IMG/VR virus record: IMGVR_UViG_3300027156_000006
DNA length: 20,000 nt
Reading direction: 5' to 3' (one strand)
Source of the DNA: an uncultured virus (IMG/VR IMGVR_UViG_3300027156_000006)
Lineage: Duplodnaviria; Heunggongvirae; Uroviricota; Caudoviricetes
Shown: in pieces, positions 15,578 to 20,000 of the stretch
Numbering within the stretch: the stretch's first letter is position 1
Layout of the letters: each line of letters opens with the position of its first letter
Made by a program: the position numbers and the translations under genes
Notes under the pieces: generated by a model
The model's input: only the letters and a program-made list of their open reading frames with translations
Told to the model about the DNA's origin: nothing
Databases searched by the model: none

Positions 15578-15972
15578 CAGCCCTGCACGTAGCGGGCCAG
15601 CCGGATCTTGTCGCCAATGACCTGCTGCACGGTGCTGCCAATCAGACCGGTGGTGCCGTAGGGGTAGCGGCTGTTGATCACTTCGCAGTCGATGCTGCCT
15701 TGACCGGCGAAGTTCAGAGTGCCGACCACTCCGGGCTTGATGCGTGCATCCAGTGCTTGCGGGCTGACCGCATAGCCCTCGTAGGTCTCAACTTCAGTGT
15801 CAACGCCAGGAAAGTCCGAGGCCCTGGTGCTGCCTTGACGCAGGTACAAGCTGACCGTGACTGTTTCCGTGGCCGGCACAACGTTGCCGGTGACGGGATC
15901 AGTGACTGTGCCAACGGTTGGAACCGTGAAGATTGCAGTGGCGTTGGCCAGTGCAGCGAGAGCGCTAGTCAT
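15577..15972 (-). CDS. Probable head-closure / neck protein
   Basis: 131 aa, beta-strand-like, with DPVTGN motif; TGATG-coupled to the gp10-like gene. Confidence 0.5.
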   Translation of the reverse strand: MTSALAALANATAIFTVPTVGTVTDPVTGNVVPATETVTVSLYLRQGSTRASDFPGVDTEVETYEGYAVSPQALDARIKPGVVGTLNFAGQGSIDCEVINSRYPYGTTGLIGSTVQQVIGDKIRLARYVQG

Positions 15973-15975
15973 GGC

Positions 15976-15985
15976 CTAGGTTCCC
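15976..15985 (-). promoter_or_regulatory. Putative late-promoter motif (leftward)
   Basis: GGGAACCTAG on the minus strand, 3 nt before the ATG at 15972. Confidence 0.65.
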
Positions 15986-15994
15986 GCAATCAGC

Positions 15995-16004
15995 GGCAAC
16001 TTAA
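15995..16004 (+). promoter_or_regulatory. Putative late-promoter motif (rightward)
   Basis: GGCAACTTAA before tape measure GTG 16024. Confidence 0.65.
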
Positions 16005-16023
16005 GAGCACATGAAGGCGTGTT

Positions 16024-18249
16024 GTGGCGGAGAGTCTGGGCTCAGCTGTCTTAACAGTCAGCGTTGATGATGCCCAGCTCAAAGCAGGCCTGCAAGCTGC
16101 AGAACGTCAAGCAACAGCGACTGGCCGCGCAGTAGAAAAAGCCTTCACACCGTCCGGCAAGTCGGTGCAGACTGCTGCCAACGGTCTGCAGTATTTCATT
16201 GATACGCAGGGTCGTGCCCGTGATACGGCTGGTAAGTTTCTGACCGTTGCACAGCAGCAGGCGGCTGGGATTGAAAACGTCGGCAAAAGTGCAAAGCGGG
16301 CAAGCTTTGACATCAGCGGCCTAGGTGATGCGTTAGCTGCGATTGGTATTGGTGCTGCCGCTGCTGGGTTTCTGCGTGGCTCCGTTAATGCTGCTGTAGA
16401 ACTTGAAAGTATTAGCAAGAAACTCAGCAATACGCTCGGTGAGCAAGGTGCTGGGCAGGCACTCAGTTTTACCAAGGGCTTGGCTGATCAGCTGGGCCTC
16501 AGCTTCAAAACGCTGGCCGGTAGTTTTGGCAGCTTTACAGCCGCAGCCTCGGCGGCCAATGTTCCGCTTGACCAGCAGAAAGAGCTGTTCGCTGCTGTCG
16601 CTAAGGCGGCGCAGGCTCTTGGTCTGAGCAACGATGAAATCAATGGCTCACTGCTGGCCCTGCAGCAGGTTGCAGCCAAAGGCACCGTGCAGATGGAAGA
16701 ACTGCGCGGTCAGCTTGGTGAGCGCTTGCCGATTGCTTTTGGTGCTACTGCCAAAGGGCTTGGCATCACACAGCAAGAGCTAATTAAGCTCGTGGAGTCT
16801 GGAAGGCTCACAGCATCTGAGTTTTTCCCTGCTCTGACCAAAGGCCTTAATGAGCTGACAGCAGGTGCTGGTGGTTCGGCAACTGCAGCTCAGAACTTCC
16901 AAAAGCTGGCTAATGCTTTTGACGAGCTGCAGACATCCTTTGGAAAGACTTTGCTGCCAACCATTACCGAGCAGGTCAAGAACCTGACCGGTGCGTTGAG
17001 TGGGTTGCAGATTGGAATTGATGCCAACAAGCTTGGCCTTGGTGGCCTCTTTGGCAACCTTGGCCTAGTTCCAGATGCAGGCATTGAGGCCGTTGCATCG
17101 GTGCGGCAACTTGCTGAGCAGTATCAGCTGACCGCTGAGCAGGCACGGGCTCTGTTCTTTGATGCGGCCAAGCTTGAAGGTCTAACACTTACCAGCACAG
17201 GCTTTCTCCCCGACGCTAAAGGTTTGGAGCGAGCGCTAGAGCGCTTGCCGCAACTAGCCGAAGAATTCAGGGCCAAAAATAAGGATGCAGTCACAGAGCT
17301 GAAAGCACAAGCGGCAGAGGCTGCTCGTGTTGCTGCAGAGCAGAAAAAAGGACGTGACAGCGTTGAAAACATTCAAGAAGCCATTAAGGCTTTGTCTTCA
17401 GAGCAGAAGGCATTGGCGGTTGATAGTCAGCGCTATGCAGACATCTCGCAAGAGATCGTCAACAAGCAAACGCGACTCAATGAGCTGAAGAAGACCGAGG
17501 GCCAGCGTTTTGCCGAAAGTATTGCTGCTGCAAATCAGCTTCGTAGTATTCAAGAGGAGATCGCCATCCAACAGCAGCGCGGCAGCTTGACTGGTACTGG
17601 CATTGGCGCGTTACAAGCTGTCAAAGCGCTGGAGGATGCCAAACGAGCTGAGCAAGAAGCCCAGGCTGCTCTTGGTGCTGATCCTGGTAACTCCAGCCTC
17701 TTCAACGCCTCGCAGCAGGCAGCAGCCAATGTTCAGCTGGCTGCAGCTAAGACCAAGGCCGACCTTGAAGACGCTTTTAGGTCCGCACAAGATGCGGTGC
17801 GCAGCATCAGCCGCAGCATTGAGGATTCCGTCACTGCCCTGAACGCCGCACGCGGTAGCGCTGAGGGCATCAATAAGTTCATCAATCCCCAGCAAGCCCG
17901 TGAGCGGCAACAGGCTGCCAACGTGACCTTGCTGCGTGAAGCAAGCGATCTGGCTAAGCAGCTTGGCGTCACTGCCACCTTCCGGGGTGGGCTGACGCAG
18001 CGCAACAGCCAGCTCAACGAGTTCATCACAGCTGCACGGCAAGAGCTGCGTGCTCCTGAGGACATTGCACGCTCCAACTTGGATTTAGCGCGTGCTCAGA
18101 ACGATCTCGCCACCGTCAACGAGTCCCTAGTCAATGTGACTACTCAGCTGGCGGAAGCGACCGCAAACCTAGCGAGTAAGGACTGGAACGTTTACGTGAA
18201 CGCTCCGGCCACTGCTGATCTGCCCCGTGGCGTGGAGGTTTACCAATGA
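16024..18249 (+). CDS. Tail tape measure protein
   Basis: MAESLGSAVLTVSVD start, tape-measure domain ALQQVAAKGTVQMEELRGQLGERLP, Ala/Gln-rich helical body; 741 aa. Confidence 0.92.
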   Translation: MAESLGSAVLTVSVDDAQLKAGLQAAERQATATGRAVEKAFTPSGKSVQTAANGLQYFIDTQGRARDTAGKFLTVAQQQAAGIENVGKSAKRASFDISGLGDALAAIGIGAAAAGFLRGSVNAAVELESISKKLSNTLGEQGAGQALSFTKGLADQLGLSFKTLAGSFGSFTAAASAANVPLDQQKELFAAVAKAAQALGLSNDEINGSLLALQQVAAKGTVQMEELRGQLGERLPIAFGATAKGLGITQQELIKLVESGRLTASEFFPALTKGLNELTAGAGGSATAAQNFQKLANAFDELQTSFGKTLLPTITEQVKNLTGALSGLQIGIDANKLGLGGLFGNLGLVPDAGIEAVASVRQLAEQYQLTAEQARALFFDAAKLEGLTLTSTGFLPDAKGLERALERLPQLAEEFRAKNKDAVTELKAQAAEAARVAAEQKKGRDSVENIQEAIKALSSEQKALAVDSQRYADISQEIVNKQTRLNELKKTEGQRFAESIAAANQLRSIQEEIAIQQQRGSLTGTGIGALQAVKALEDAKRAEQEAQAALGADPGNSSLFNASQQAAANVQLAAAKTKADLEDAFRSAQDAVRSISRSIEDSVTALNAARGSAEGINKFINPQQARERQQAANVTLLREASDLAKQLGVTATFRGGLTQRNSQLNEFITAARQELRAPEDIARSNLDLARAQNDLATVNESLVNVTTQLAEATANLASKDWNVYVNAPATADLPRGVEVYQ

Positions 18250-18998
18250 GCGTCACCATCGGCGCGTTCAGCACCAGCAAGCTGATCGCCCAGCCCTTTG
18301 GCTACGACGAGACCAACACCCGCGACGGCCTCACCGCCCGCAAGTGGACCGTCAGAGGTCTACTCACAGCAAGCGAATGGCAATCGCTGCTGAGCGTCTA
18401 CAACACCTGGCGCGACGCACGCCTCACCGATGCCGACACGTTGAGCAGCGGCACGATTGGCACCACCGTCAGCCTGACCGCCAGCGCCAACGGCATCACC
18501 TGGAGCGGCATCGCCTGCTGGTTCAACAGCGCCCCCAGCGGTGATCAAGCCGGCCCTTACATCCAAGCCACCTGCGAGCTGGTGGATGCCGCCCAAGCCC
18601 TGGCGGTGCTGCTGCGGCAGGAAGAGAAGAATCGTCAGCGCAGCGAAGCGCTTGCCAATCCCAACCTCGGCACGGTGACGCTCGGCTCCGCCACGTTGAC
18701 CCTGCTGGCGCCGATGGAAACCTACCAAGACACACCACAGCTGCAGCTCACCGCTAGTGGCACTCATGTGATTAACGGTGCCTTGAGCGCTACCCGTGTG
18801 CGTCGCATCCGTGGCACCACCGACAGCAGTGGTTGGAGTGCCGTGCGCAGTTGGTACGAAACCAGCGTGGCCTCCGTGCCCAGTGTGGGCGCCTGGTATC
18901 CGATCTCAGCACCCACAGCAGAAGCCGAGGTGATCATCAGCGGCGGCGCCAAGAGCACCCGCTACACGATCACCGTTGACGCTGCGGAGGTGAAGTAG
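18246..18998 (+). CDS. Tail-tip protein (distal-tail-like, with internal duplication)
   Basis: ATGA-coupled to the tape measure gene; position typical of Dit; two similar halves. Confidence 0.6.
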   Translation: MSVTIGAFSTSKLIAQPFGYDETNTRDGLTARKWTVRGLLTASEWQSLLSVYNTWRDARLTDADTLSSGTIGTTVSLTASANGITWSGIACWFNSAPSGDQAGPYIQATCELVDAAQALAVLLRQEEKNRQRSEALANPNLGTVTLGSATLTLLAPMETYQDTPQLQLTASGTHVINGALSATRVRRIRGTTDSSGWSAVRSWYETSVASVPSVGAWYPISAPTAEAEVIISGGAKSTRYTITVDAAEVK

Positions 18999-20000
18999 AT
19001 GCCCATCGACATTCGCGCCGAAGTCAGCTGCAGCCTTGGCACCGTCATCAGCGGCAGCTTTGCCGACGACTACCTGCAGGGCAACGGCCTAATCAAGACC
19101 CGTGGCGAGGTGGTGCTGGACGGCACCCAAACGCCTGAGGTCGGCACTGAGGTCACCTTCACCTACGCCAAGGCAGGCGACACCTACACAGTGCCGCGTG
19201 TGCTGCGGGTGCTGAGCAGCTTTGCCGATCCATTCCGCCGCACCACCACGGTGCAGCTGGGATGCAAGCTGACCTACCTAGAAAACCGCAAGCCGCCGGT
19301 TGAGAACCCAAGCAGCAAAGACGAGAACGCCGAAGTGCCCTGCAAGGTGTTCCTGAAGGCGACGCTGCCGATCACGGCCGAGTACGTGTTCCAGCAGTGC
19401 CTTGATGCGCTGCAGCTTGACGCCGCAAGCATCCCCCTCACCAACAAGTTCTCGGTTGAGGAGTTCGACCTGACGCCTGGCTACATCCAGGTGATGAGCG
19501 ACCTGCTGCAAAGCGAGGGCTACGCGGGCTACCTCGACAGCGAGGAAACGCTGCAGTTCTTGGACCTGACCGAAGAGGCCAGCACCGGCCCTGTAATCAC
19601 TCCGGCCGATGTGGTGGACCTCGGCCCGATTGGCAGCGGTGAACTGCCAGGCGAGAGCGTGGTGGTGCGCTGGAGCAACCTGCGCCTGCTGCCTCCTGAT
19701 GAGCTGTACGGCGACGAATACCTCAAGCGCAGCTGGGAGATTGAGGAAGTCTTCGGCGCACCGTCTGAGGTCACGGTCAGCTACACAACTGATGAAGGCA
19801 ACACAGTCAGCGACAGCGACGTTTTCTACCCGTACAGCTTTGCTGCCACTCGCTACGACGTGTGGGACCGCAAGATCGAGTCAATTTCCTACAACCTAGT
19901 TTCTTCAGCGGAGACAAACAACCGCTGGGCTAGTGATGCGTTCCGCAAGGGGCGTTTGTGGAACTTGCCCACCGCCCGCCTGACGCGAGAGGTTGTTGAG
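18999..20000 (+). CDS. Large tail-tip / hub protein, 5' part (runs off the window)
   Basis: ATG immediately after the previous TAG; MPIDIRAEVSCSLGTVISGSFADDYLQGNGLIKTRG...; frame appears open to the window end. Confidence 0.7.
   Translation, partial: MPIDIRAEVSCSLGTVISGSFADDYLQGNGLIKTRGEVVLDGTQTPEVGTEVTFTYAKAGDTYTVPRVLRVLSSFADPFRRTTTVQLGCKLTYLENRKPPVENPSSKDENAEVPCKVFLKATLPITAEYVFQQCLDALQLDAASIPLTNKFSVEEFDLTPGYIQVMSDLLQSEGYAGYLDSEETLQFLDLTEEASTGPVITPADVVDLGPIGSGELPGESVVVRWSNLRLLPPDELYGDEYLKRSWEIEEVFGAPSEVTVSYTTDEGNTVSDSDVFYPYSFAATRYDVWDRKIESISYNLVSSAETNNRWASDAFRKGRLWNLPTARLTREVVE

Noticed and set aside
15066..16004. Recombinase-driven invertible segment (phase variation)
   Set aside because: No long flanking inverted repeats and no invertase in the window; the short shared words are motif copies
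17053..17062. GGCAACCTTG inside the tape measure gene as a motif copy
   Set aside because: Mismatch at the conserved A, intragenic, explained by Gly-Asn-Leu codons
1..20000. CRISPR array, tRNA, rRNA, integrase or transposase
   Set aside because: No regularly spaced repeats, cloverleaf or recombinase motifs were seen by eye; a tRNAscan/Infernal run would be needed to be certain

Overview
Tailed-phage DNA, most likely a cyanophage, in two compositionally different parts. Positions 1-~4230 are lower in GC (42% in sampled line 1501-1560) and carry small hypothetical genes, a TerS-like HTH protein, a sigma70-type promoter and two intrinsic terminators. Positions ~4260-20000 are higher in GC (53-70% in sampled lines) and carry small accessory ORFs, a RusA-like resolvase, a ParB-fused DNA methyltransferase and a siphovirus-type packaging/head/tail module: TerS, TerL, portal, scaffold, major capsid, two small peptides, Mu-F/SPP1 gp7-like protein, head-tail adaptor, tail tube, two inverted neck-like genes, tape measure and tail-tip genes. 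The main signal is a phage-encoded sigma70-family protein with regions 2 and 3 but apparently no region 4, inserted among the structural genes. It is accompanied by a strand-oriented 10-bp motif, GG(C/A/G)AAC(C/T)TA(A/G), upstream of seven genes, including a back-to-back pair at the one divergent junction. This looks like a late regulon that uses only a -10 element. Other signals are C-UGU-G hairpins in the scaffold and capsid leaders, a pseudoknot-like intergenic element, iteron-like repeats, a lower-GC internal segment of the methyltransferase, a strongly C-skewed tract, and a probable mosaic or chimeric junction near 4250. All family calls come from motif recognition by eye, not from database searches.
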